64,000 bases of DNA, taken from the NCBI GenBank assembly GCA_043771335.1, contig JAYVHM010000007.1, positions 3,625 to 67,624 of the forward strand, written 5' to 3'. Below the pieces are notes generated by a model that saw only the letters and a list, made by a program, of their open reading frames with translations, did no database searches and was not told the origin of the DNA. Numbering within the stretch: the stretch's first letter is position 1; every line of letters starts with the position of its first letter. The stretch comes from a bacterium. Its GTDB lineage: Bacteria; Patescibacteriota; Minisyncoccia; Phycocordibacterales; UBA5272. Shown here piece by piece: positions 9,448-18,620 of the stretch. Made by a program: the position numbers and the translations under genes.

Positions 9448-10683
9448 ATGCAAAATCATGATTACAATCAAGAAGCTCTAGATCTTCATAAAAAGTTTGG
9501 AGGTAAATTAGAAACAGTAAGTAAAGTAAAATTAGAATCTAGAGAAGATTTGTCACGTGCTTACACTCCCGGCGTAGCTGAAGTCTGTAAAGTAATACAT
9601 GAATCTGGTGTAAAATCTCAAAATGAAAATGGAAACAAAATACAAGGGTTAGATACTTCAAGTAGAGAATATACATTAAAAAGAAATACTGTGGCTATCA
9701 TTTCTGATGGGTCAGCAATACTTGGTATTGGTAATCTCGGCGCACATGCTAGCATACCAGTGATGGAGGGTAAGGCAGCTATACTCAAAGAATTTGCAGA
9801 CGTAGATGCATTTCCAATATGTCTAGATACACAAGATACGGAAGAAATAATAAGTATTATAAAAAATATCTCTCCTGTGTTTGGGGGTATTAATCTAGAA
9901 GACATAGCTGCTCCAAAATGTTTTGAAATAGAAGAGAGACTAAGACGAGAATTGACCATACCAGTAATGCATGATGATCAGTGGGGGGCTGCAACTGTTG
10001 CTCTCACTGCTTTAATTAATTCCCTCAAGATAGTAAGTAAAAATAAAGAAGATATAAGAGTGGTACTTAGTGGCGTGGGCGCAGCAGGAGTGGCAACTGC
10101 ACGCCTTCTAATTTCTTACGGTATTAAAAATATTATTTTTATAGATAGTGTAGGGGTAGTTAATAAGCAAAGAAAAGAAGAAGGGGAGATGTTAGGGAAG
10201 AAATTAAACAAAGAAAAATTAGAATTATTAGCACTTACAAATGAACATGATTTAGGCGGTGGCTTGGCTGAAGCTATTAAAAATAGTGATGTGTTCATCG
10301 GCCTCTCAAAGCCAAATGTGTTAACTGTTGATATGATAAAAAGCATGAATGTTAATCCTGTTATTTTTGCATTAGCGAATCCAAATCCGGAGATAAGTGT
10401 AGATGACGCACGCACCGCAGGTGCTCGCGTCATAGCCACTGGCCGCAGCGACTATCCTAATCAAATAAATAATTCATTAGTTTTTCCAGGATTTTGGCGT
10501 GGAGTATTAGACTCACAGTATGTAGGTAATTATAAGGGGATAGACAATAGTATTTTTATAAAAATAGCAAAAGATTTGGCTGAATATACAGAAAATAGTG
10601 AGAGTGGTATAAATGAGAACAGGATACTTCCAGATATGTTCGACAAAAAGGTCGTAGAGATTGTGACTGGTAGTTTTAAATAA
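9448..10683 (+). CDS. NAD(P)-dependent malic enzyme (malate dehydrogenase, oxaloacetate-decarboxylating), short form
   Basis: DLSRAYTPGVA, AIISDGSAILGIGNLG, GVGAAG Rossmann motif. Confidence 0.85.
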   Translation: MQNHDYNQEALDLHKKFGGKLETVSKVKLESREDLSRAYTPGVAEVCKVIHESGVKSQNENGNKIQGLDTSSREYTLKRNTVAIISDGSAILGIGNLGAHASIPVMEGKAAILKEFADVDAFPICLDTQDTEEIISIIKNISPVFGGINLEDIAAPKCFEIEERLRRELTIPVMHDDQWGAATVALTALINSLKIVSKNKEDIRVVLSGVGAAGVATARLLISYGIKNIIFIDSVGVVNKQRKEEGEMLGKKLNKEKLELLALTNEHDLGGGLAEAIKNSDVFIGLSKPNVLTVDMIKSMNVNPVIFALANPNPEISVDDARTAGARVIATGRSDYPNQINNSLVFPGFWRGVLDSQYVGNYKGIDNSIFIKIAKDLAEYTENSESGINENRILPDMFDKKVVEIVTGSFK

Positions 10684-10684
10684 A

Positions 10685-11353
10685 ATGAAAATAATTAGTT
10701 TTAACATCGGAAGTTTTGTCTGGGTTAAATACTTTTTTAAAAGTAAGCAAAATTATTTTCAGATAGAGAATTTAACCCCAGTCTCTAATCTTATTAGTAA
10801 GGAGGATCCAGATCTTATTCTGCTTTTTGAAATATGGGAACAGGAACATTTGGAAAAAATAAAAAATAAATTCTCAACATATAAGTATTCTTACATCTTG
10901 AACACTTGGTACAAAAGTAGTTCGGCTATTATTTTGAGCAAAAATCACATAGATAAAAAGAGTAAAAATATTTTCTATTCTAATGGTTTTTATTTTGTAC
11001 CAACACATCTTTTTTCTTTTTCAGCCACAGAAAGACTCAATCAAGTGCTTAATATAAAAGAAGAGATAAAAGAAATATTACCTATATTAAAAAATTTTAT
11101 AATAATAGGAGATACTAATTTCTGGTCTTTTGGGAGATTCATTTTTTTTAGAAATGACAGATTGGCCATAAGTGACCTATTAGAAAGTTTTTCTTTAGCA
11201 AGTAAAAGTATTTTATATTTTTCAAAAATGTTCTTGAATTTAGATAAAGTTTTCCTTTCTAATGATATTGAAAAATTTAATACAAAAATAATAAAACATA
11301 ATATAAGTTATATGGATCATTATGCTTTAATGTGTGATATCAACAAGAGATAA
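10685..11353 (+). CDS. Endonuclease/exonuclease/phosphatase (EEP) family protein
   Basis: MKIISFNI N-terminus, GDTNF and DHYAL motifs. Confidence 0.6.
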   Translation: MKIISFNIGSFVWVKYFFKSKQNYFQIENLTPVSNLISKEDPDLILLFEIWEQEHLEKIKNKFSTYKYSYILNTWYKSSSAIILSKNHIDKKSKNIFYSNGFYFVPTHLFSFSATERLNQVLNIKEEIKEILPILKNFIIIGDTNFWSFGRFIFFRNDRLAISDLLESFSLASKSILYFSKMFLNLDKVFLSNDIEKFNTKIIKHNISYMDHYALMCDINKR

Positions 11354-11394
11354 AACTCCTATTTAAAATAAAAGGTGAAAAGATTATAAAAATA

Positions 11395-11403
11395 TGTTAT
11401 AAT
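11395..11403 (+). promoter_or_regulatory. Extended -10 promoter element TGTTATAAT upstream of tRNA-Cys
   Basis: tgttataat 10 nt upstream of tRNA 5' end; same 9-mer recurs at many other promoters in the window. Confidence 0.55.
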
Positions 11404-11413
11404 CTTATCTATT

Positions 11414-11488
11414 GATGCAGTGGCGAAGTGGTAACGCTGCGGTCTGCAAAACCGCCATGCGCGAGTTCGATTCTCGCCTGCATCTCCA
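11414..11488 (+). tRNA. tRNA-Cys (GCA), CCA encoded, U73 discriminator
   Basis: Manual cloverleaf: acceptor gatgcag/ctgcatc, anticodon loop ctGCAaa, T-loop ttcgatt. Confidence 0.85.
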
Positions 11489-11523
11489 AAAAAACTATAA
11501 TGCAGGAGTTCGTCAACAATTTT

Positions 11524-11592
11524 TTGCGCCTGCATATCCAATAACAACCGCCATGCGCGAGTTAGTCTGTTAATTTTGCGCCCTCATCCCCA
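11524..11592 (+). repeat. Degenerate partial copies of the tRNA-Cys 3' half (three fragments)
   Basis: ttgcgcctgcatatcca, caaccgccatgcgcgagtt and ttgcgccctcatcccca repeat segments of the tRNA-Cys just upstream. Confidence 0.7.
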
Positions 11593-11701
11593 AAGAGACA
11601 GCATTTGACATCTCTTATAAAAAAGTGTATTATAGAAAAGTATTTAATAAAGGGTAGCAGTATCATTATTATTCATTTAGTTATTTAAAAGGAGAGAAAA
11701 T

Positions 11702-12175
11702 ATGAAAGTTTTAACTTATCTAGAAGATAAGCTGATTATGTGGTTAACTGCAATATGTTGGTGGTTTGACTTGCATTTTGATTTAAAATCAAAAGACTTA
11801 GCAAATCCATTTATGGTTTTAGTTGGATTTTTGTTTTTTTGTATAGACTCTCTAAACTTTTTTGGGAATATTTATGTGTTTACAGGTATTTCATTTTTTT
11901 TCATTATAAATAATCTTTTAATAGGTAAAATAATCTATAAAAGATCATCTCAGTCACCTAATCCAAATAAGCACGACTGGTTCTTTAAAATAGTAATATT
12001 TGTCTCATCATTGGTTTCATTTGTCATGGTTAGATCGTTCATCTCTTTTGTATTCTTATTAATGTTAGTTTCTTGGTTCTATGTATTATGTACTGAGCCG
12101 ATGCCGCCAGCAGAAAAAGAGAAAAGAAAAAATAAAAAAAGTCTAAAAAATCTAGAGCTAAGTAGTCAGCTTTAA
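11702..12175 (+). CDS. Hypothetical membrane protein
   Basis: Good SD aaaggagag before ATG; 4 predicted TM helices; K-rich C-terminus. Confidence 0.5.
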   Translation: MKVLTYLEDKLIMWLTAICWWFDLHFDLKSKDLANPFMVLVGFLFFCIDSLNFFGNIYVFTGISFFFIINNLLIGKIIYKRSSQSPNPNKHDWFFKIVIFVSSLVSFVMVRSFISFVFLLMLVSWFYVLCTEPMPPAEKEKRKNKKSLKNLELSSQL

Positions 12176-12186
12176 TTATTTTTAAC

Positions 12187-12211
12187 AACAGGTCCACATG
12201 GCCTGTTTTTT
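12187..12211 (+). terminator. Rho-independent terminator
   Basis: acaggtcca..tggcctgt hairpin followed by tttttt. Confidence 0.6.
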
Positions 12212-12247
12212 GTATTTTATCAAAAAATATGTTATTATGTATGCCAT

Positions 12248-12332
12248 GCCCGGGTGGCGGAATGGTAGACGCAAAAGACTTAAAATCTTTCGAGGTTACC
12301 TCGTGCGGGTTCGAGTCCCGCCCCGGGCACCA
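12248..12332 (+). tRNA. tRNA-Leu (TAA), type II, CCA encoded
   Basis: Acceptor gcccggg/cccgggc, anticodon loop ctTAAaa, long variable arm. Confidence 0.85.
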
Positions 12333-12334
12333 GC

Positions 12335-12407
12335 GCCTCTATAGCTCAGTTGGTAGAGCAACTCCCTCTTAAGGAGATGGTCGTAGGTTCGAATCCTACT
12401 GGGGGCA
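12335..12407 (+). tRNA. tRNA-Lys (CTT)
   Basis: Acceptor gcctcta/tgggggc (two G-U), D-arm gctcagttggtagagc, anticodon loop ctCTTaa; starts 2 nt after tRNA-Leu. Confidence 0.75.
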
Positions 12408-12434
12408 CAAAAATTTAAAAAGTAAAATAGTAAT

Positions 12435-12776
12435 ATGTTTAGATCATTCTTATTTCCAAAAAAATCTAATTTACCACTACATCCTACTGCTGCAGATAAG
12501 ATGGCTCTAATGGAGAGTATGATTTTTTTAAAGGGATCTAAAAATGTTTCAGATTTTATGGGCTACCTTATGGATCACAGATTTGAAATACCAACAGGAA
12601 AAGGAAATGAAAAAGTCACCTCTAGATTTCTAGTTATGCAGTTAAATGACTTGATAAAGAAAAATAAAATTACATCTGTTACAGATACTGATTTGCTTAT
12701 TTTACCAGAACATGGAGGCTTTAGAGATAAAGTAAAAGATCTTCTTATCTTAGACAGGCAGGCTAGGGTGGTGTAA
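12435..12776 (+). CDS. Hypothetical protein
   Basis: ORF only; no SD; no recognisable motif. Confidence 0.3.
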   Translation: MFRSFLFPKKSNLPLHPTAADKMALMESMIFLKGSKNVSDFMGYLMDHRFEIPTGKGNEKVTSRFLVMQLNDLIKKNKITSVTDTDLLILPEHGGFRDKVKDLLILDRQARVV

Positions 12777-12804
12777 TTTTTAGTTTTGATATTGAGGGTT
12801 TTTA

Positions 12805-12813
12805 TGTTATAAT
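12805..12813 (+). promoter_or_regulatory. TGTTATAAT extended -10 element upstream of tRNA-Leu(TAG) pseudo-copy
   Basis: tgttataat consensus. Confidence 0.5.
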
Positions 12814-12830
12814 AAAAAAGTTGAATAAGA

Positions 12831-12878
12831 AGCCCATGTGTGTGCAGATTTCAGTAGGGGTCGACACGCTTGCGTAAA
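12831..12878 (+). repeat. Degenerate copy of the 5' half of tRNA-Leu(TAG)
   Basis: agcccatgtg..gtcgacacgcttgc resembles gcccaggtgg..gtagacacgcttgc of the intact tRNA immediately downstream. Confidence 0.6.
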
Positions 12879-12884
12879 ATAGAA

Positions 12885-12969
12885 GCCCAGGTGGTGAAAT
12901 TGGTAGACACGCTTGCCTTAGGAGCATGTGGAGCAATCCGTGGAGGTTCAAGTCCTCTCCTGGGCACCA
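12885..12969 (+). tRNA. tRNA-Leu (TAG), type II, CCA encoded
   Basis: Acceptor gcccagg/cctgggc, anticodon loop ctTAGga, long variable arm, T-loop ttcaagt. Confidence 0.8.
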
Positions 12970-13030
12970 TAATATTATGTTATAATATTAGTAGTTCTAA
13001 TTATAAAAGTAATTAGAAAAAATAAAAAAC

Positions 13031-13117
13031 GCGTCGGTGGTAGAGTGGTCTATTACAACAGACTGTAAATCTGTCGCCCTTCGGGCTCCGATGGTTCGAA
13101 TCCATCCCGACGCACCA
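13031..13117 (+). tRNA. tRNA-Tyr (GTA), type II, CCA encoded
   Basis: Acceptor gcgtcgg/ccgacgc, anticodon loop ctGTAaa, long variable arm, A73. Confidence 0.85.
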
Positions 13118-13118
13118 A

Positions 13119-13156
13119 AAACAAAAACCTTTCCTTATGGAAAGGTTTTTGTTTTA
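13119..13156 (+). terminator. Strong rho-independent terminator after tRNA cluster
   Basis: acaaaaacctttcc-ttat-ggaaaggtttttgt perfect 14-bp stem, then tttt. Confidence 0.8.
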
Positions 13157-13333
13157 TGTAAAGTAAAATTAAATATTTTTGACTTTACTTTATATATTTT
13201 TTGTGTTATATTAAAAAAGCGTTAAATATTTTATATTTTCCTATAAAAAAAGGAGAGTTTACATGGGGTCAGAAATAATTGTTTTATGGGTGATAGTTTT
13301 TATTATAATTTTTGTTCTTTAAAGGAGTTGTCA

Positions 13334-13707
13334 TGGATCTTTTTATTCAATTTTTTATTATGTTACTGTGCCTCTTTATGGCAGAGTTAACGTGTAGACA
13401 AATAGTGATTTATCACAGCATAAATCCAGAGTCAGATGATTTTATTGCCAGCATATTACTGGCATTCACTTCTGTGGCTTTGTTTGCGCTTTTTAATTAC
13501 TTACTTTTTTCACATTTTTTAAATGTCTATGTATTTGATTTTAGTAAATACTTAAACTTTGGATATTTCACATTACTAGCTTTTCTGACTTTTATAGGAA
13601 GAAGCATAATTTTGCAATGGAAATATCATTTTAGCCATATCTTTAAAATCAACAAGCATTATGATAAGATGGAGAAAATAATGAACTCACCAGCTTTCAA
13701 GGGTTGA
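13334..13707 (+). CDS. Hypothetical small membrane protein
   Basis: SD taaaggag 8 nt upstream of ATG 13334; 3-4 TM helices. Confidence 0.4.
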
Positions 13708-13722
13708 GTCATAAAGAAAAAT

Positions 13723-13762
13723 AAATAACATCAAAACCCTATATCACATGCGTGGTGTAGGG
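13723..13762 (+). terminator. Rho-independent terminator
   Basis: ccctatatcac..gtggtgtaggg imperfect hairpin followed by tttttt. Confidence 0.5.
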
Positions 13763-13772
13763 TTTTTTATTT

Positions 13773-13781
13773 TTATGCAAT
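13773..13781 (+). promoter_or_regulatory. TGTTATAAT extended -10 element upstream of tyrS
   Basis: tgttataat consensus. Confidence 0.5.
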
Positions 13782-13847
13782 ATGTTATAATGTATTTAAG
13801 AAAAGTAAATAAGTTTTTAATGTAAAATATTAGAAATAAATAAATAT

Positions 13848-15032
13848 ATGGCAGTAATAACAGATGAAGTAAAAATAAATAATTTATTAACTCGTGGAGT
13901 AGAGGAGGTCTATGTAAAAGATGATTTGGAAAAAGACTTAAAGTCTGGTAATGTTTTACGCATAAAGCTAGGCATTGACCCTACAGGAGCTAAGATACAC
14001 TTGGGGCGCGCTGTGGTTATTCGTAAATTACGTGAATTCCAAAAGCTTGGACATCAAATAGTTTTAATCATCGGTGACTTTACAGCACAAGTGGGTGATG
14101 CGAGCGATAAGACTGAAAAGCGTCCAATGCTAAATAGAATGCAAATAGACGAGAACTTAAAAGACTATAAAAGTCAGCTCGGTAAAATAATCGATTTAGA
14201 CAAAACAGAAATAGTTTATAATAATGACTGGCTTAGTAAATTAACTTTCGGTGAGCTTACAAAATTAGCTGAAGTGTTCACAGTGCAGCAGATGTTAGCT
14301 AGACGTAATTTTAAGGACAGATATGAAAAAGAAGTGGAGATATCTTTGCGTGAGTTTTTATACCCGATAATGCAGGGTTATGACAGCGTGGCAGTAAAAG
14401 CTGATGTTGAGCTTGGTGGTTTTGACCAACTGTTCAATTTAAAAGCAGGACGCGACATACAAAATTTTTATGGCATGAAAAAACAAAATATCATGCTCGG
14501 CAAAATGTTAGATGGCACAGATGGTAGAAAAATGTCTACGAGCTGGGGCAACATGATAACTATTGTAGATGAGCCAAATGAAATGTATAACAAAGTCATG
14601 GAAGTAAAAGACGAAGTTATAATACAGTATTTTACACTTTGTACAGACAGAGAATTAGAAGAGGTGACTGATTTTGAAAAGAGATTAAAGGGTGGAGAGA
14701 ATCCAAGAGACATTAAAATGATATTAGCGGGGGATATTGTAACTCTGTATCATAATGAAAAGTTAGCAGCTCAATCAAAACAAAACTTTATAGAAGTATT
14801 TCAAAATGGAGGAGTCCCAGATGATGTGGGTGAAGTGACTGGTGCTGAGGGAGACTTTGCGTCTGATTTAGTTTTAAAGTCAGGGCTAATAACCAGTAAA
14901 GCAGAATGGAAAAGATTAGTAGAGCAAAAGGGTGTCACTGTTGATGATGAGGTGGTTACAGATTATAAAGCATTAGCTATAAATGGAGTATATAAAATAG
15001 GCAAGAAAAAGTTCATACGCGTAAGGGTTTAG
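13848..15032 (+). CDS. tyrS: Tyrosyl-tRNA synthetase
   Basis: Class I HIGH-like GIDPTGAKIHLG, KMSTS (KMSKS) motif, C-terminal S4-like domain. Confidence 0.85.
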   Translation: MAVITDEVKINNLLTRGVEEVYVKDDLEKDLKSGNVLRIKLGIDPTGAKIHLGRAVVIRKLREFQKLGHQIVLIIGDFTAQVGDASDKTEKRPMLNRMQIDENLKDYKSQLGKIIDLDKTEIVYNNDWLSKLTFGELTKLAEVFTVQQMLARRNFKDRYEKEVEISLREFLYPIMQGYDSVAVKADVELGGFDQLFNLKAGRDIQNFYGMKKQNIMLGKMLDGTDGRKMSTSWGNMITIVDEPNEMYNKVMEVKDEVIIQYFTLCTDRELEEVTDFEKRLKGGENPRDIKMILAGDIVTLYHNEKLAAQSKQNFIEVFQNGGVPDDVGEVTGAEGDFASDLVLKSGLITSKAEWKRLVEQKGVTVDDEVVTDYKALAINGVYKIGKKKFIRVRV

Positions 15033-15034
15033 TT

Positions 15035-15880
15035 TTATTTCTGACAAAAATCACAAAATACTGTGGCTCGGCCGGAGATAATTATTTTCTCTAGATTATT
15101 TTTACATATGACACACGGTGTATTGTTTTTTCCATACACTTTGTGATTATTTGCGTATTTGCCACTATCACCGTTAACTAATTTGTAATCTGATATTGAT
15201 GACCCGCCCATTCTGATGGCTATACTTAATATTTTTATTATGTTTTTATATAGATCCCCTAACTCTAATTCATTTAAAGTTCTACAATTTCTACTAGGCA
15301 GAACTTTTGAAGCAAAGCATATCTCATCACAATATATATTACCGCAGCCAACTACAACAGATTGTTCCAGCAGGGCCGACTTTATGCTTTTATTTTTCTT
15401 TACTATATTTTCTTTAAAATATTTAAGAGTAAAGTTCTTATCAAAAGGCTCTAGGCCTAATTTTTGGAAGTGGCCGACCCTTTCGGCGTCAGCCACGCTT
15501 TTATAATACAAAACATAACCAAATTTCCTTACATCATTGTAAAGTAAATTAGATCCATTTTTTAATTTGAATATTATGTGAGTATGCTTACTTACTTCTT
15601 TATTTATAATTAACTGTCCAGTCATTTTCAAATGAATTATTATGAGACTGCTATCTTTGAAATTAATCATTATATTTTTTGCACGCCTAGTAATAGAAAT
15701 TATTTTTTTATTAACCACCCCTTCTATAAATATTTTTTCTTTCCCAGTATCTCTTTCTCTTTTTGTGCCATTGCCTGAGATTATTTTATTTTCTTTTATA
15801 TATACAGATGAAAAAGAATTATTTACTAATTCTTTTTCAAGACCAATTCTAACGTTTTCTACTTCTGGTAATTCTGGCAT
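15035..15880 (-). CDS. mutM: Formamidopyrimidine-DNA glycosylase (Fpg/MutM; Fpg/Nei family)
   Basis: Canonical N-terminus MPELPEVE, C-terminal zinc finger CVICKN..CDFCQK. Confidence 0.85.
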   Translation of the reverse strand: MPELPEVENVRIGLEKELVNNSFSSVYIKENKIISGNGTKRERDTGKEKIFIEGVVNKKIISITRRAKNIMINFKDSSLIIIHLKMTGQLIINKEVSKHTHIIFKLKNGSNLLYNDVRKFGYVLYYKSVADAERVGHFQKLGLEPFDKNFTLKYFKENIVKKNKSIKSALLEQSVVVGCGNIYCDEICFASKVLPSRNCRTLNELELGDLYKNIIKILSIAIRMGGSSISDYKLVNGDSGKYANNHKVYGKNNTPCVICKNNLEKIIISGRATVFCDFCQK

Positions 15881-17214
15881 ATTTTTTCTAATTCTTCTCT
15901 TGCTACTTTTGCATCAGACCATTTTTCTTTTACTCCATTTGCACGCATGATATATGGGTCTGTACCTTTGCCGCTGATTATGACTATTGGTTTTTTTGGT
16001 ATTATATTCGAAGCTTTTATTATATCCGCAGGTAGTGCATTTATGTAGTTTCTGGCACGCATTATGGCATGATGTATAGCTTCACGTCTGTCTTCTATTA
16101 TTTTATATTTCTCATCTAATTCTGTTTTGTTTTTTCTAGTATCAGAATTATTTATTTTTTCAAGCACACCAGCCATAACATCATTCATAATCTCCCTCGG
16201 GTCATCATCATAAGGGTCCTCATCGGTCACTATCACTTCATTACAATACTCATAAGCTGTGGCACCCAGTTCAGGTCTCTTTTTTTTATCACGCCCACCA
16301 CCACACGATCCTGTTACGGCTATGACGTAACTCTCAGAATATGTGTTGTAGAGCTTTGTTAGACTGTCTACAGTGTGAGCATAATCTACTATGACTTCAA
16401 AATCTTGTTTACCTTCCGAGTGTATATGTTGCACTCTGCCTGGTATTTCTTTTAAGTTATAGAGCGCTTTGTCTATTACATCTTCTCTGATGTCAATGGA
16501 CAATGCAAATTTTTTACAAGCTAATGCATTTAATTTGTTAAAATCCCCATCAACACCTAATCTAACATCTTTACTTTCTGCTTCTGTGTATTCTATTTTC
16601 CTGTCAACATTAAAATTTAAAAATTCATTACCGTATTTGTCGCTAGTATTAGCTACTATTGTTGTGATTATTTTCTTGCTTTGTTCTACAGCTTTTGCTA
16701 ATTGTAATTTACAGGCTTTATAAGCATTAAAACTGCCATGACTCTCTATGTGCTCAGGACTTAGATTCGTAAATATTAAAGTATTAGGGTAAGTGAACAT
16801 GTGTCTATAGAATCTAGCACCTTCACTAGTCATTTCGATGATTGCGTATTTACAGTTTTCATCAACTGCTTTTCTCAAAAATTGCTGCACGAAAAATCTT
16901 CCCGGCATTGTCATCTTATACATATTTGGATGACTTTCACCACCAATTTTAAATCTGATGGTAGAGAGTAGGGCAGACTTATTTTTATTGTTAGCATTTT
17001 CTTTCTCAGTCTCCTCTAGTATAGCACTTAAGAATTCGCAAGTAGAACTTTTACCTTTTGTTCCAGTTACGGCTATTACATGTATTTTCTTTCCTGGGAA
17101 TTTGTAAATCATGGCCCCGAGAAGAGCGAGGGTAAAGTGATAGGCAGGCTGGAAGAATCTATAGATATTTTTCGGGACTATTTTTTGTATTGATCTTAGT
17201 ATTTTTTCTAGCAT
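15859..17214 (-). CDS. Mur ligase family protein, MurE-like (UDP-MurNAc-peptide ligase), lacking N-terminal domain
   Basis: ATP site AVTGTKGKSST, EMTSEG, FTNLSPEHIESHG (cf. MurE FTNLSRDHLDYHG), C-terminal GKGTDPY; overlaps fpg start by 22 nt. Confidence 0.65.
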   Translation of the reverse strand: MLEKILRSIQKIVPKNIYRFFQPAYHFTLALLGAMIYKFPGKKIHVIAVTGTKGKSSTCEFLSAILEETEKENANNKNKSALLSTIRFKIGGESHPNMYKMTMPGRFFVQQFLRKAVDENCKYAIIEMTSEGARFYRHMFTYPNTLIFTNLSPEHIESHGSFNAYKACKLQLAKAVEQSKKIITTIVANTSDKYGNEFLNFNVDRKIEYTEAESKDVRLGVDGDFNKLNALACKKFALSIDIREDVIDKALYNLKEIPGRVQHIHSEGKQDFEVIVDYAHTVDSLTKLYNTYSESYVIAVTGSCGGGRDKKKRPELGATAYEYCNEVIVTDEDPYDDDPREIMNDVMAGVLEKINNSDTRKNKTELDEKYKIIEDRREAIHHAIMRARNYINALPADIIKASNIIPKKPIVIISGKGTDPYIMRANGVKEKWSDAKVAREELEKICQNYQK

Positions 17215-17265
17215 ATAATTAAGGTTTTGTTTTCCTAATTATACTATAAATGCTATAATAAAGAA

Positions 17266-18549
17266 ATGAAAAATAAGATAAAAGAGAGGGTGAAAGATAT
17301 ACTTAGTCGCTCTTTTGTGCGTGAATTTTCTTGGCATACTTTTGCCAACCTGTCAGTACAGATGTTTTCTTTTTTGTCTATTATTTTTGTTTCTCGTTAT
17401 TTGGGACCGACCAATCTTGGACTTATGAGTTTTGTTCAAAATTATTTGACTGTGTTCATCAGTACAGTATCAGGTATGGATTTTTATTTTACTTGGCATA
17501 TAGTTAAAAGTGAAAATAAAATCCTAGAAACTTTTAGATTTGCAATACAGAAAACTTATGTAACTCTTTTTATTTTTATTTTTGGGTTATCATTTGCTTA
17601 TTTTTCTTTTCCACATGATGTATTTATATTGTCTTTATTTTTATTTATTCCATTTTTGTTTAGTGGCTTATCTTCTTTTTGGCTTTATGCATTATCAGAA
17701 AAGAGGGCAAGGTTATTGGGATTAATACAAATCTCAACAGCCTTTTCTTCTTTCCTTTTAAAATTTTCTTTCGTTCAGATGGCTTTACCACTAAAAGCTT
17801 TTGTATTTATTTCTGGATTAGAGTTAGTAGTTAGCTCAGTATTTATAACTTTATTCTTTTTCTATAAAAATAATTTCTTAAAAGAATTATTAAAAATAAA
17901 AATACCAAGCTTAATAGAAACTTTTAAGTTAATGTTAGAAATTAGATATAATCTTCTTTTAACTATTTTTTGGCAAGCAGTAATGCGAGCTGATCAGTTG
18001 CTACTCGCTAAGATGACTAGCGCATACACAGTTGGTATATATGCTGCTGCAGTAAAAATTACCGAGGCTCCAAATGTTTTCGTTACTGTGCTGGCCCTTG
18101 TCACTTATCCACGTGTGGCAGAGTACATAAAACATATTAAAGAAAAAAATAGCATCTCTTTGTATAAAGAAAAATTAAATAAAATATTTAAAATGTATTT
18201 AATTTCTGGACTAGTTATAACCTTTTGTTTGGTTGCCTTGGCTCCACTCGGTGTAAAGATAATGTATGGAGACAGATTTTCAGATAGTATAAATATACTT
18301 CGCATTTACGCATTTTCAGTACCTGGTCTCTTTGTATCTTATTATTACATGGCGCTATTTGGAGCATATGAAGAAAGAAAAATACCAGCCTTTGCGGCAG
18401 TTTTTGTCTCCATTTTAAATATAATATTGGTCTACACCCTTACTTTAAAATACGGAGTTTATGGAACAGCTTTTGCAAGTGCTTTAGCTTACAGTGTTTC
18501 TGGTTTTGTATTTTATTTATATCACAGAAAGTACAAACTCTATCAGTAG
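17266..18549 (+). CDS. MOP-superfamily oligosaccharide flippase (Wzx-like)
   Basis: 427 aa, about 12 TM helices, polysaccharide-biosynthesis-protein architecture. Confidence 0.6.
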   Translation: MKNKIKERVKDILSRSFVREFSWHTFANLSVQMFSFLSIIFVSRYLGPTNLGLMSFVQNYLTVFISTVSGMDFYFTWHIVKSENKILETFRFAIQKTYVTLFIFIFGLSFAYFSFPHDVFILSLFLFIPFLFSGLSSFWLYALSEKRARLLGLIQISTAFSSFLLKFSFVQMALPLKAFVFISGLELVVSSVFITLFFFYKNNFLKELLKIKIPSLIETFKLMLEIRYNLLLTIFWQAVMRADQLLLAKMTSAYTVGIYAAAVKITEAPNVFVTVLALVTYPRVAEYIKHIKEKNSISLYKEKLNKIFKMYLISGLVITFCLVALAPLGVKIMYGDRFSDSINILRIYAFSVPGLFVSYYYMALFGAYEERKIPAFAAVFVSILNIILVYTLTLKYGVYGTAFASALAYSVSGFVFYLYHRKYKLYQ

Positions 18550-18605
18550 CTTAACTATACTTTATTTGAATATAGTAAAAAATACTGGAAATATTAGCTT
18601 GATTT

Positions 18606-18614
18606 TGTTATAAT
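18606..18614 (+). promoter_or_regulatory. TGTTATAAT extended -10 element positioned for a leaderless transcript
   Basis: -10 hexamer ends 6 nt before the ATG at 18621; no SD. Confidence 0.5.
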
Positions 18615-18620
18615 TCAGTA

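Noticed and set aside
11359-11547. 62-aa ORF on the minus strand
   Set aside because: Overlaps tRNA-Cys and its fragments on the opposite strand; spurious.
13037-13225. 62-aa ORF on the plus strand
   Set aside because: Begins inside tRNA-Tyr and runs through its terminator; spurious.
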